A stretch of 64,000 bases of DNA, taken from contig OZ024752.1 of the NCBI GenBank assembly GCA_964016885.1, forward strand, positions 22,072,001 through 22,136,000, written 5' to 3'. Origin of the DNA: Eledone cirrhosa. Taxonomy: Eukaryota. The position numbers and the translations under genes are program-made. Position 1 is the stretch's first letter, and every line of letters starts with the position of its first letter. A model generated the notes under the pieces. That model was given only the letters and a program-made list of their open reading frames with translations, was not told the origin of the DNA and did not search any database. Positions 50,801 to 64,000 of the stretch are shown here, piece by piece.

Positions 50801-53800
50801 CAGAAGGCAGAGTGTGGTGGTGAAGTACCAAAAACAGTGGACAGAAGGTAGAGGGTGGTGGTGAACTACCAAAAACAGTGGACAGAAGGTAGAGGGTGGT
50901 GGTGAACTACCAAAAACAGTGGACAGAAGGCAGAGGGTGGTGGTGAACTACCAAAAACAGTGGACAGAAGACAGAGGGTGGTGGTGAACTACCAAAAACA
51001 GTGGACAGAAGGTAGAGTGTGGTGGTGATCTACCAAAAACAGTGGACAGAAGGCAGAGGGTGGTGGTGAACTACCAAAAACAGTGGACAGAAGACAGAGA
51101 GTGGTGGTGAACTACCAAAAACAGTGGACAGAAGGTAGAGTGTGGTGGTGAACTACCAAAAACAGTGGACAGAAGGCAGAGGGTGGTGGTGAACTACCAA
51201 AAACAGTGGACAGAAGGCAATGGGTGGTGGTGAACTACCAAAAACAGTGGACAGAAGGTACAGTGTGGTGGTGAACTACCAAAAACAGTGGACAGAAGGT
51301 AGAGTGTAGTGGTGATCTACCAAAAACAGTGGACAGAAGGTAGAGTGTGGTGGTGAACTACCAAAAACAGTGGACAGAAGGTAGAGAGTGGTGGTGAACT
51401 ACCAAAAACAGTGGACAGAAGGTAGAGGGTGGTGGTGAACTACCAAAAACAGTGGACAGAAGGTAGAGTGTGGTGGTGAACTACCAAAAACAGTGGACAG
51501 AAGGTAGAGTGTGGTGGTGATCTACCAAAAACAGTGGACAGAAGGTAGAGGGTGGTGGTGAACTACCAAAAACAGTGGACAGAAGGTAGAGGGTGGTGGT
51601 GAACTACCAAAAACAGTGGACAGAAGGTAGAGTGTGGTGGTGAACTACCAAAAACAGTGGACAGAAGGTAGAGTGTGGTGGTGAACTACCAAAAACAGTG
51701 GACAGAAGGTAGAGGGTGGTGGTGAACTACCAAAAACAGTGGACAGAAGGCAGAGGGTGGTGGTGAACTACCAAAAACAGTGGACAGAAGGTAGAGGGTG
51801 GTGGTGAACTACCAAAAACAGTGGACAGAAGGTAGTGGGTGGTGGTGAACTACCAAAAACAGTGGACAGAAGGCAGAGGGTGGTGGTGAACTACCAAAAA
51901 CAGTGGACAGAAGGCAGAGGGTGGTGATGAACTACCAAAAACACTGGACAGAAGGTAGAGAGTGGTGGTGAACTACCAAAAACAGTGAACAGAAGGTAGA
52001 GTGTGGTGGTGAACTACCAAAAACAGTGGACAGAAGGTAGAGGGTGGTGGTGAACTACCAAAAACAGTGAACAGAAGGTAGAGTGTGGTGGTGAAGTACC
52101 AAAAACAGTGGACAGAAGGTAGAAGGTGGTGGTGAACTACCAAAAACAGTGGACAGAAGGCAGAGGGTGGTGGTGAACTACCAAAAACAGTGGACAGAAG
52201 GTAGAGTGTGGTGGTGAACTACCAAAAACAGTGGACAGAAGGTAGAGTGTGGTGGTGAACTACCAAAAACAGTGAACAGAAGGTAGAGTGTGGTGGTGAA
52301 CTACCAAAAACAGTGGACAGAAGGTAGAGGGTGGTGGTGAACTACCAAAAACAGTGGACAGAAGGTAGAGTGTGGTGGTAAACTACCAAAAACTGGACAG
52401 AAGGTAGAGGGTGGTGGTGAACTACCAAAAACAGTGTACAGAAGGCAGAGGGTGGTGGTGAACTACCAAAAACAGTGGACAGAAGGCAGAGGGTGGTGGT
52501 CAACTACCAAAAACAGTGGACAGAAGACAGAGGGTGGTGGTGAACTACCAAAAACAGTGGACAGAAGGCAGAGGGTGTTGGTGAACTACCAAAAACAGTG
52601 GACAGAAAGTAGAGGGTGGTGGTGAACTACCAAAAACAGTGTACAGAAGGCAGAGGGTGGTGGTGAACTACCAAAAACAGTGTACAGAAGGCAGAGGGTG
52701 GTGGTGAACTACCAAAAACTGTGGACAGAAGGCAGAGGGTGGTGGTGAACTACCAAAAACTGTGGACAGAAGGTAAAGTGTGGTGGTAAACTACCAAAAA
52801 CAGTGGACAGAAGGCAGAGGGTGATGGTGAACTACCAAAAACAGTGGACAGAAGGCAGAGTGTGGTGGTGAACTACCAAAACCAGTGGACAGAAGGTAGA
52901 GGGTGGTGGTTAACTACCAAAAGCTGGACAGAAGGTAGAGGGTGGTGGTGAACTACCAAAAACAGTGTACAGAAGGCAGAGTGTGGTGGTGAAGTACCAA
53001 AAACAGTGGACAGAAGGTAGAGGGTGGTGGTGAACTACCAAAAACAGTGGACAGAAGGCAGAGGGTGGTGGTGAACTACCAAAAACAGTGGACAGAAGAC
53101 AGAGGGTGGTGGTGAACTACCAAAAACAGTGAACAGAAGGTAGAGGGTGGTGGTGAACTACCAAAAACTGGACAGAAGGCAGAGGGTGATGGTGAACTAC
53201 CAAAAACAGTGGACAGAAGACAGAGGGTGGTGGTGAACTACCAAAAACAGTGGACAGAAGGCAGAGGGTGGTGGTGAACTACCAAAAACAGTGGACAGAA
53301 GACAGAGGGTGGTGGTGAACTACCAAAAACAGTGAACAGAAGGTAGAGGGTGGTGGTGAACTAACAAAAACAGTGGACAGAAGGTAGAGTGTGGTGGTGA
53401 ACTACCAAAAACACTGGACAGAAGGTAGAGGGTGGTGGTGAACTACCAAAAACAGTGGACAGAAGGCAGAGTGTGGTGGTGAAATACCAATAACAGTGGA
53501 CAGAAGACAGAGGGTGGTGGTGAACTACCAAAAACAGTGGACAGAAGGTAGAGGGTGGTGGTGAACTACCAAAACCAGTGGACAGAAGGTAGAGGGTGGT
53601 GGTGAACTACCAAAAACTGGACAGAAGGTAGAGGGTGGTGGTGAACTACCAAAAACAGTGGACAGAAGGCAGAGTGTGGTGGTGAAGTACCAAAAACAGT
53701 GGACAGAAGGTAGAGGGTGGTGGTGAACTACCAAAAACAGTGGACAGAAGACAGAGGGTGGTGGTGAAGTACCAAAAACAGTGGACAGAAGGTAGAGGGT

Positions 53801-56800
53801 GGTGGTGAAGTACCAAAAACTGGACAGAAGGTAGAGGGTGGTGGTGAACTACCAAAAACAGTGGACAGAAGGTAGAGGGTGGTGGTGAACTACCAAAAAC
53901 AGTGGACAGAAGGTAGAGGGTGGTGGTGAACTACCAAAAACAGTGGACAGAAGGTAGAGGGTGGTGGTGAACTACCAAAAACTGGACAGAAGGCAGAGTG
54001 TGGTGGTGAAGTACCAAAAACAGTGGACAGAAGGTAGAGGGTGGTGGTGAACTACCAAAAACAGTGGACAGAAGGCAGAGGGTGGTGGTGAACTACCAAA
54101 AACAGTGGACAGAAGACAGAGGGTGGTGGTGAACTACCAAAAACAGTGGACAGAAGACAGAGGGTGGTGGTGAACTACCAAAAACAGTGGACAGAAGGTA
54201 CAGTGTGGTGGTGAACTACCAAAAACAGTGGACAGAAGACAGAGGGTGGTGGTGATCTACCAAAAACAGTGGACAGAAGGCAGAGGGTGGTGGTGAACTA
54301 CCAAAAACAGTGGACAGAAGGCAATGGGTGGTGGTGAACTACCAAAAACAGTGGACAGAAGGTACAGTGTGGTGGTGAACTAACAAAAACAGTGGACAGA
54401 AGGTAGAGTGTGGTGGTGAACTACCAAAAACACTGGACAGAAGGTAGAGGGTGGTGGTGAACTACCAAAAACAGTGGACAGAAGGCAGAGTGTGGTGGTG
54501 AAGTACCAATAACAGTGGACAGAAGACAGAGGGTGGTGGTGAACTACCAAAAACAGTGGACAGAAGACAGAGGGTGGTGGTGAACTAACAAAAACAGTGG
54601 ACAGAAGACAGAGGGTGGTGGTGAACTACCAAAAACAGTGGACAGAAGACAGAGGGTGGTGGTGAACTACCAAAAACAGTGGACAGAAGGTACAGTGTGG
54701 TGGTGAACTACCAAAAACAGTGGACAGAAGGTAGAGTGTGGTGGTGAACTACCAAAAACAGTGGACAGAAGGTAGAGTGTGGTGGTGATCTACCAAAAAC
54801 AGTGGACAGAAGGCAGAGGGTGGTGGTGAACTACCAAAAACAGTGGACAGAAGACAGAGAGTGGTGGTGAACTACCAAAAACAGTGGACAGAAGGTAGAG
54901 TGTGGTGGTGAACTACCAAAAACAGTGGACAGAAGGCAGAGGGTGGTGGTGAACTACCAAAAACAGTGGACAGAAGGCAATGGGTGGTGGTGAACTACCA
55001 AAAACAGTGGACAGAAGGTACAGTGTGGTGGTGAACTACCAAAAACAGTGGACAGAAGGTAGAGTGTAGTGGTGATCTACCAAAAACAGTGGACAGAAGG
55101 TAGAGTGTGGTGGTGAACTACCAAAAACAGTGGACAGAAGGTAGAGAGTGGTGGTGAACTACCAAAAACAGTGGACAGAAGGTAGAGGGTGGTGGTGAAC
55201 TACCAAAAACAGTGGACAGAAGGTAGAGTGTGGTGGTGAACTACCAAAAACAGTGGACAGAAGGTAGAGTGTGGTGGTGATCTACCAAAAACAGTGGACA
55301 GAAGGTAGAGGGTGGTGGTGAACTACCAAAAACAGTGGACAGAAGGTAGAGGGTGGTGGTGAACTACCAAAAACAGTGGACAGAAGGTAGAGTGTGGTGG
55401 TGAACTACCAAAAACAGTGGACAGAAGGTAGAGTGTGGTGGTGAACTACCAAAAACAGTGGACAGAAGGTAGAGGGTGGTGGTGAACTACCAAAAACAGT
55501 GGACAGAAGGCAGAGGGTGGTGGTGAACTACCAAAAACAGTGGACAGAAGGTAGAGGGTGGTGGTGAACTACCAAAAACAGTGGACAGAAGGTAGTGGGT
55601 GGTGGTGAACTACCAAAAACAGTGGACAGAAGGCAGAGGGTGGTGGTGAACTACCAAAAACAGTGGACAGAAGGCAGAGGGTGGTGATGAACTACCAAAA
55701 ACACTGGACAGAAGGTAGAGAGTGGTGGTGAACTACCAAAAACAGTGAACAGAAGGTAGAGTGTGGTGGTGAACTACCAAAAACAGTGGACAGAAGGTAG
55801 AGGGTGGTGGTGAACTACCAAAAACAGTGAACAGAAGGTAGAGTGTGGTGGTGAAGTACCAAAAACAGTGGACAGAAGGTAGAAGGTGGTGGTGAACTAC
55901 CAAAAACAGTGGACAGAAGGCAGAGGGTGGTGGTGAACTACCAAAAACAGTGGACAGAAGGTAGAGTGTGGTGGTGAACTACCAAAAACAGTGGACAGAA
56001 GGTAGAGTGTGGTGGTGAACTACCAAAAACAGTGAACAGAAGGTAGAGTGTGGTGGTGAACTACCAAAAACAGTGGACAGAAGGTAGAGGGTGGTGGTGA
56101 ACTACCAAAAACAGTGGACAGAAGGCAGAGGGTGGTGGTGAACTACCAAAAACAGTGGACAGAAGGCAGAGGGTGGTGATGAACTACCAAAAACACTGGA
56201 CAGAAGGTAGAGAGTGGTGGTGAACTACCAAAAACAGTGGACAGAAGGTAGAGTGTGGTGGTAAACTACCAAAAACTGGACAGAAGGTAGAGGGTGGTGG
56301 TGAACTACCAAAAACAGTGTACAGAAGGCAGAGGGTGGTGGTGAACTACCAAAAACAGTGGACAGAAGGCAGAGGGTGGTGGTCAACTACCAAAAACAGT
56401 GGACAGAAGACAGAGGGTGGTGGTGAACTACCAAAAACAGTGGACAGAAGGCAGAGGGTGTTGGTGAACTACCAAAAACAGTGGACAGAAAGTAGAGGGT
56501 GGTGGTGAACTACCAAAAACAGTGTACAGAAGGCAGAGGGTGGTGGTGAACTACCAAAAACAGTGTACAGAAGGCAGAGGGTGGTGGTGAACTACCAAAA
56601 ACTGTGGACAGAAGGCAGAGGGTGGTGGTGAACTACCAAAAACTGTGGACAGAAGGTAAAGTGTGGTGGTAAACTACCAAAAACAGTGGACAGAAGGCAG
56701 AGGGTGATGGTGAACTACCAAAAACAGTGGACAGAAGGCAGAGTGTGGTGGTGAACTACCAAAACCAGTGGACAGAAGGTAGAGGGTGGTGGTTAACTAC

Positions 56801-59800
56801 CAAAAGCTGGACAGAAGGTAGAGGGTGGTGGTGAACTACCAAAAACAGTGTACAGAAGGCAGAGTGTGGTGGTGAAGTACCAAAAACTGGACAGAAGGTA
56901 GAGGGTGGTGGTGAACTACCAAAAACAGTGGACAGAAGGCAGAGGGTGGTGGTGAACTACCAAAAACAGTGGACAGAAGACAGAGGGTGGTGGTGAACTA
57001 CCAAAAACAGTGGACAGAAGGTAGAGTGTGGTGGTGATCTACCAAAAACAGTGGACAGAAGGTAGAGTGTGGTGGTGAACTACCAAAAACAGTGGACAGA
57101 AGGTAGAGTGTGGTGGTGAACTACCAAAAACAGTGGACAGAAGGCAGAGGGTGGTGGTGAACTACCAAAAACAGTGGACAGAAGACAGAGGGTGGTGGTG
57201 AACTACCAAAAACAGTGAACAGAAGGTAGAGGGTGGTGGTGAACTAACAAAAACAGTGGACAGAAGGTAGAGTGTGGTGGTGAACTACCAAAAACACTGG
57301 ACAGAAGGTAGAGGGTGGTGGTGAACTACCAAAAACAGTGGACAGAAGGCAGAGTGTGGTGGTGAAATACCAATAACAGTGGACAGAAGACAGAGGGTGG
57401 TGGTGAACTACCAAAAACAGTGGACAGAAGGTAGAGGGTGGTGGTGAACTACCAAAACCAGTGGACAGAAGGTAGAGGGTGGTGGTGAACTACCAAAAAC
57501 TGGACAGAAGGTAGAGGGTGGTGGTGAACTACCAAAAACAGTGGACAGAAGGCAGAGTGTGGTGGTGAAGTACCAAAAACAGTGGACAGAAGGTAGAGGG
57601 TGGTGGTGAACTACCAAAAACAGTGGACAGAAGACAGAGGGTGGTGGTGAAGTACCAAAAACAGTGGACAGAAGGTAGAGGGTGGTGGTGAAGTACCAAA
57701 AACTGGACAGAAGGTAGAGGGTGGTGGTGAACTACCAAAAACAGTGGACAGAAGGTAGAGGGTGGTGGTGAACTACCAAAAACAGTGGACAGAAGGTAGA
57801 GGGTGGTGGTGAACTACCAAAAACAGTGGACAGAAGGTAGAGGGTGGTGGTGAACTACCAAAAACTGGACAGAAGGCAGAGTGTGGTGGTGAAGTACCAA
57901 AAACAGTGGACAGAAGGTAGAGGGTGGTGGTGAACTACCAAAAACAGTGGACAGAAGGCAGAGGGTGGTGGTGAACTACCAAAAACAGTGGACAGAAGAC
58001 AGAGGGTGGTGGTGAACTACCAAAAACAGTGGACAGAAGACAGAGGGTGGTGGTGAACTACCAAAAACAGTGGACAGAAGGTACAGTGTGGTGGTGAACT
58101 ACCAAAAACAGTGGACAGAAGGTAGAGTGTGGTGGTGATCTACCAAAAACAGTGGACAGAAGGCAGAGGGTGGTGGTGAACTACCAAAAACAGTGGACAG
58201 AAGGCAATGGGTGGTGGTGAACTACCAAAAACAGTGGACAGAAGGTACAGTGTGGTGGTGAACTAACAAAAACAGTGGACAGAAGGTAGAGTGTGGTGGT
58301 GAACTACCAAAAACACTGGACAGAAGGTAGAGGGTGGTGGTGAACTACCAAAAACAGTGGACAGAAGGTAGTGGGTGGTGGTGAACTACCAAAAACAGTG
58401 GACAGAAGGCAGAGGGTGGTGGTGAACTACCAAAAACAGTGGACAGAAGGCAGAGGGTGGTGATGAACTACCAAAAACACTGGACAGAAGGTAGAGAGTG
58501 GTGGTGAACTACCAAAAACAGTGAACAGAAGGTAGAGTGTGGTGGTGAACTACCAAAAACAGTGGACAGAAGGTAGAGGGTGGTGGTGAACTACCAAAAA
58601 CAGTGAACAGAAGGTAGAGTGTGGTGGTGAAGTACCAAAAACAGTGGACAGAAGGTAGAAGGTGGTGGTGAACTACCAAAAACAGTGGACAGAAGGCAGA
58701 GGGTGGTGGTGAACTACCAAAAACAGTGGACAGAAGGTAGAGTGTGGTGGTGAACTACCAAAAACAGTGGACAGAAGGTAGAGTGTGGTGGTGAACTACC
58801 AAAAACAGTGAACAGAAGGTAGAGTGTGGTGGTGAACTACCAAAAACAGTGGACAGAAGGTAGAGGGTGGTGGTGAACTACCAAAAACAGTGGACAGAAG
58901 GCAGAGGGTGGTGGTGAACTACCAAAAACAGTGGACAGAAGGCAGAGGGTGGTGATGAACTACCAAAAACACTGGACAGAAGGTAGAGAGTGGTGGTGAA
59001 CTACCAAAAACAGTGGACAGAAGGTAGAGTGTGGTGGTAAACTACCAAAAACTGGACAGAAGGTAGAGGGTGGTGGTGAACTACCAAAAACAGTGTACAG
59101 AAGGCAGAGGGTGGTGGTGAACTACCAAAAACAGTGGACAGAAGGCAGAGGGTGGTGGTCAACTACCAAAAACAGTGGACAGAAGACAGAGGGTGGTGGT
59201 GAACTACCAAAAACAGTGGACAGAAGGCAGAGGGTGTTGGTGAACTACCAAAAACAGTGGACAGAAAGTAGAGGGTGGTGGTGAACTACCAAAAACAGTG
59301 TACAGAAGGCAGAGGGTGGTGGTGAACTACCAAAAACAGTGTACAGAAGGCAGAGGGTGGTGGTGAACTACCAAAAACTGTGGACAGAAGGCAGAGGGTG
59401 GTGGTGAACTACCAAAAACTGTGGACAGAAGGTAAAGTGTGGTGGTAAACTACCAAAAACAGTGGACAGAAGGCAGAGGGTGATGGTGAACTACCAAAAA
59501 CAGTGGACAGAAGGCAGAGTGTGGTGGTGAACTACCAAAACCAGTGGACAGAAGGTAGAGGGTGGTGGTTAACTACCAAAAGCTGGACAGAAGGTAGAGG
59601 GTGGTGGTGAACTACCAAAAACAGTGTACAGAAGGCAGAGTGTGGTGGTGAAGTACCAAAAACAGTGGACAGAAGGTAGAGGGTGGTGGTGAACTACCAA
59701 AAACAGTGGACAGAAGGCAGAGGGTGGTGGTGAACTACCAAAAACAGTGGACAGAAGACAGAGGGTGGTGGTGAACTACCAAAAACAGTGAACAGAAGGT

Positions 59801-62800
59801 AGAGGGTGGTGGTGAACTACCAAAAACTGGACAGAAGGCAGAGGGTGATGGTGAACTACCAAAAACAGTGGACAGAAGACAGAGGGTGGTGGTGAACTAC
59901 CAAAAACAGTGGACAGAAGGCAGAGGGTGGTGGTGAACTACCAAAAACAGTGGACAGAAGACAGAGGGTGGTGGTGAACTACCAAAAACAGTGAACAGAA
60001 GGTAGAGGGTGGTGGTGAACTAACAAAAACAGTGGACAGAAGGTAGAGTGTGGTGGTGAACTACCAAAAACACTGGACAGAAGGTAGAGGGTGGTGGTGA
60101 ACTACCAAAAACAGTGGACAGAAGGCAGAGTGTGGTGGTGAAATACCAATAACAGTGGACAGAAGACAGAGGGTGGTGGTGAACTACCAAAAACAGTGGA
60201 CAGAAGGTAGAGGGTGGTGGTGAACTACCAAAACCAGTGGACAGAAGGTAGAGGGTGGTGGTGAACTACCAAAAACTGGACAGAAGGTAGAGGGTGGTGG
60301 TGAACTACCAAAAACAGTGGACAGAAGGCAGAGTGTGGTGGTGAAGTACCAAAAACAGTGGACAGAAGGTAGAGGGTGGTGGTGAACTACCAAAAACAGT
60401 GGACAGAAGACAGAGGGTGGTGGTGAAGTACCAAAAACAGTGGACAGAAGGTAGAGGGTGGTGGTGAAGTACCAAAAACTGGACAGAAGGTAGAGGGTGG
60501 TGGTGAACTACCAAAAACAGTGGACAGAAGGTAGAGGGTGGTGGTGAACTACCAAAAACAGTGGACAGAAGGTAGAGGGTGGTGGTGAACTACCAAAAAC
60601 AGTGGACAGAAGGTAGAGGGTGGTGGTGAACTACCAAAAACTGGACAGAAGGCAGAGTGTGGTGGTGAAGTACCAAAAACAGTGGACAGAAGGTAGAGGG
60701 TGGTGGTGAACTACCAAAAACAGTGGACAGAAGGCAGAGGGTGGTGGTGAACTACCAAAAACAGTGGACAGAAGACAGAGGGTGGTGGTGAACTACCAAA
60801 AACAGTGGACAGAAGACAGAGGGTGGTGGTGAACTACCAAAAACAGTGGACAGAAGGTACAGTGTGGTGGTGAACTACCAAAAACAGTGGACAGAAGGTA
60901 GAGTGTGGTGGTGATCTACCAAAAACAGTGGACAGAAGGCAGAGGGTGGTGGTGAACTACCAAAAACAGTGGACAGAAGGCAATGGGTGGTGGTGAACTA
61001 CCAAAAACAGTGGACAGAAGGTACAGTGTGGTGGTGAACTAACAAAAACAGTGGACAGAAGGTAGAGTGTGGTGGTGAACTACCAAAAACACTGGACAGA
61101 AGGTAGAGGGTGGTGGTGAACTACCAAAAACAGTGGACAGAAGGCAGAGTGTGGTGGTGAAGTACCAATAACAGTGGACAGAAGACAGAGGGTGGTGGTG
61201 AACTACCAAAAACAGTGGACAGAAGACAGAGGGTGGTGGTGAACTAACAAAAACAGTGGACAGAAGACAGAGGGTGGTGGTGAACTACCAAAAACAGTGG
61301 ACAGAAGACAGAGGGTGGTGGTGAACTACCAAAAACAGTGGACAGAAGGTACAGTGTGGTGGTGAACTACCAAAAACAGTGGACAGAAGGTAGAGTGTGG
61401 TGGTGAACTACCAAAAACAGTGGACAGAAGGCAGAGGGTGGTGGTGAACTACCAAAAACAGTGGACAGAAGGCAATGGGTGGTGGTGAACTACCAAAAAC
61501 AGTGGACAGAAGGTACAGTGTGGTGGTGAACTACCAAAAACAGTGGACAGAAGGTAGAGTGTAGTGGTGATCTACCAAAAACAGTGGACAGAAGGTAGAG
61601 TGTGGTGGTGAACTACCAAAAACAGTGGACAGAAGGTAGAGTGTGGTGGTGATCTACCAAAAACAGTGGACAGAAGGTAGAGTGTGGTGGTGAACTACCA
61701 AAAACAGTGGACAGAAGGTAGAGTGTGGTGGTGAACTACCAAAAACAGTGAACAGAAGGTAGAGTGTGGTGGTGAACTACCAAAAACAGTGGACAGAAGG
61801 TAGAGTGTGGTGGTGAACTACCAAAAACAGTGGACAGAAGGTAGAGGGTGGTGGTGAACTACCAAAAACAGTGGACAGAAGGCAGAGGGTGGTGGTGAAC
61901 TACCAAAAACAGTGGACAGAAGGCAGAGGGTGGTGATGAACTACCAAAAACACTGGACAGAAGGTAGAGAGTGGTGGTGAACTACCAAAAACAGTGAACA
62001 GAAGGTAGAGTGTGGTGGTGAACTACCAAAAACAGTGGACAGAAGGTAGAGGGTGGTGGTGAACTACCAAAAACAGTGAACAGAAGGTAGAGTGTGGTGG
62101 TGAAGTACCAAAAACAGTGGACAGAAGGTAGAAGGTGGTGGTGAACTACCAAAAACAGTGGACAGAAGGCAGAGGGTGGTGGTGAACTACCAAAAACAGT
62201 GGACAGAAGGTAGAGTGTGGTGGTGAACTACCAAAAACAGTGGACAGAAGGTAGAGTGTGGTGGTGAACTACCAAAAACAGTGAACAGAAGGTAGAGTGT
62301 GGTGGTGAACTACCAAAAACAGTGGACAGAAGGTAGAGGGTGGTGGTGAACTACCAAAAACAGTGGACAGAAGGCAGAGGGTGGTGGTGAACTACCAAAA
62401 ACAGTGGACAGAAGGCAGAGGGTGGTGATGAACTACCAAAAACACTGGACAGAAGGTAGAGAGTGGTGGTGAACTACCAAAAACAGTGGACAGAAGGTAG
62501 AGTGTGGTGGTAAACTACCAAAAACTGGACAGAAGGTAGAGGGTGGTGGTGAACTACCAAAAACAGTGTACAGAAGGCAGAGGGTGGTGGTGAACTACCA
62601 AAAACAGTGGACAGAAGGCAGAGGGTGGTGGTCAACTACCAAAAACAGTGGACAGAAGACAGAGGGTGGTGGTGAACTACCAAAAACAGTGGACAGAAGG
62701 CAGAGGGTGTTGGTGAACTACCAAAAACAGTGGACAGAAAGTAGAGGGTGGTGGTGAACTACCAAAAACAGTGTACAGAAGGCAGAGGGTGGTGGTGAAC

Positions 62801-64000
62801 TACCAAAAACAGTGTACAGAAGGCAGAGGGTGGTGGTGAACTACCAAAAACTGTGGACAGAAGGCAGAGGGTGGTGGTGAACTACCAAAAACTGTGGACA
62901 GAAGGTAAAGTGTGGTGGTGAACTACCAAAAACAGTGGACAGAAGGCAGAGGGTGATGGTGAACTACCAAAAACAGTGGACAGAAGGCAGAGTGTGGTGG
63001 TGAAGTACCAATAACAGTGGACAGAAGACAGAGGGTGGTGGTGAACTACCAAAACCAGTGGACAGAAGGTAGAGGGTGGTGGTTAACTACCAAAAGCTGG
63101 ACAGAAGGTAGAGGGTGGTGGTGAACTACCAAAAACAGTGTACAGAAGGCAGAGTGTGGTGGTGAAGTACCAAAAACAGTGGACAGAAGGTAGAGGGTGG
63201 TGGTGAACTACCAAAAACAGTGGACAGAAGGCAGAGGGTGGTGGTGAACTACCAAAAACAGTGGACAGAAGACAGAGGGTGGTGGTGAACTACCAAAAAC
63301 AGTGAACAGAAGGTAGAGGGTGGTGGTGAACTACCAAAAACTGGACAGAAGGCAGAGGGTGATGGTGAACTACCAAAAACAGTGGACAGAAGACAGAGGG
63401 TGGTGGTGAACTACCAAAAACAGTGGACAGAAGGCAGAGTGTGGTGGTGAAATACCAATAACAGTGGACAGAAGACAGAGGGTGGTGGTGAACTACCAAA
63501 AACAGTGGACAGAAGGTAGAGGGTGGTGGTGAACTACCAAAACCAGTGGACAGAAGGTAGAGGGTGGTGGTGAACTACCAAAAACTGGACAGAAGGTAGA
63601 GGGTGGTGGTGAACTACCAAAAACAGTGGACAGAAGGCAGAGTGTGGTGGTGAAGTACCAAAAACAGTGGACAGAAGGTAGAGGGTGGTGGTGAACTACC
63701 AAAAACAGTGGACAGAAGACAGAGGGTGGTGGTGAAGTACCAAAAACAGTGGACAGAAGGTAGAGGGTGGTGGTGAAGTACCAAAAACTGGACAGAAGGT
63801 AGAGGGTGGTGGTGAACTACCAAAAACAGTGGACAGAAGGTAGAGGGTGGTGGTGAACTACCAAAAACAGTGGACAGAAGGTAGAGGGTGGTGGTGAACT
63901 ACCAAAAACAGTGGACAGAAGGTAGAGGGTGGTGGTGAACTACCAAAAACAGTGGACAGAAGGTAGAGGGTGGTGGTGAACTACCAAAAACTGGACAGAA
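11838..64000 (+). repeat. 41-bp tandem satellite array, >52 kb, running off the right edge
   Basis: Consensus AAAAACAGTGGACAGAAGGTAGAGGGTGGTGGTGAACTACC, head-to-tail in one orientation with no foreign insertion seen; recurrent 39-bp variant (AAAAACTGG) and point variants (GGC/GGT/GAC, GAGG/GAGT, AACT/AAGT/ATCT); ~1,270-1,280 units by length. Confidence 0.99.

Noticed and set aside
12120-63823. His/Pro-rich ORFs (VVHHHPLPSVHCFW..., MYRRQRVV...) as a repeat-protein family
   Set aside because: The 41-bp unit is not a multiple of 3 and carries stops on both strands; ORFs appear only where variants remove a stop and start at non-ATG codons.
11838-64000. CRISPR array or repeat-spacer system
   Set aside because: Units are contiguous near-identical 41-mers with no unique spacers, no cas genes, and the context is an intron-containing eukaryotic locus.
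11838-64000. Telomeric repeat or Chi-site array
   Set aside because: No TTAGGG units; GGTGGTGG differs from Chi (GCTGGTGG), and Chi has no established role in animals.

Overview
AT-rich animal DNA, probably octopus (inferred from the recalled SINE/LINE repertoire); no prokaryotic features. 1-4.9 kb holds the 5' part of an ARPC1 (Arp2/3 p41 subunit, WD40) gene on the minus strand: three coding exons with GT-AG junctions, continuing off the left edge. 5-11.8 kb is a dense cluster of decayed transposons: three copies of a tRNA-type SINE, a 612-bp Merlin/IS1595-type DNA transposon derivative with ~88-bp TIRs and a perfect 9-bp TSD, a foldback MITE, a small non-autonomous Helitron, an internally deleted Gypsy LTR element (LTRs, PBS, PPT, integrase) and LINE 3' ends. 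From 11838 to the window end (>52 kb, ~1,270-1,280 units) lies one 41-bp tandem satellite with multi-kb higher-order duplications and two variant domains. The most notable observation is that the array starts exactly at the 3' tail of a SINE and its monomer matches that SINE's 5' head, suggesting a satellite born from a SINE tail-head junction. All ORFs called inside the array are repeat-translation artefacts.
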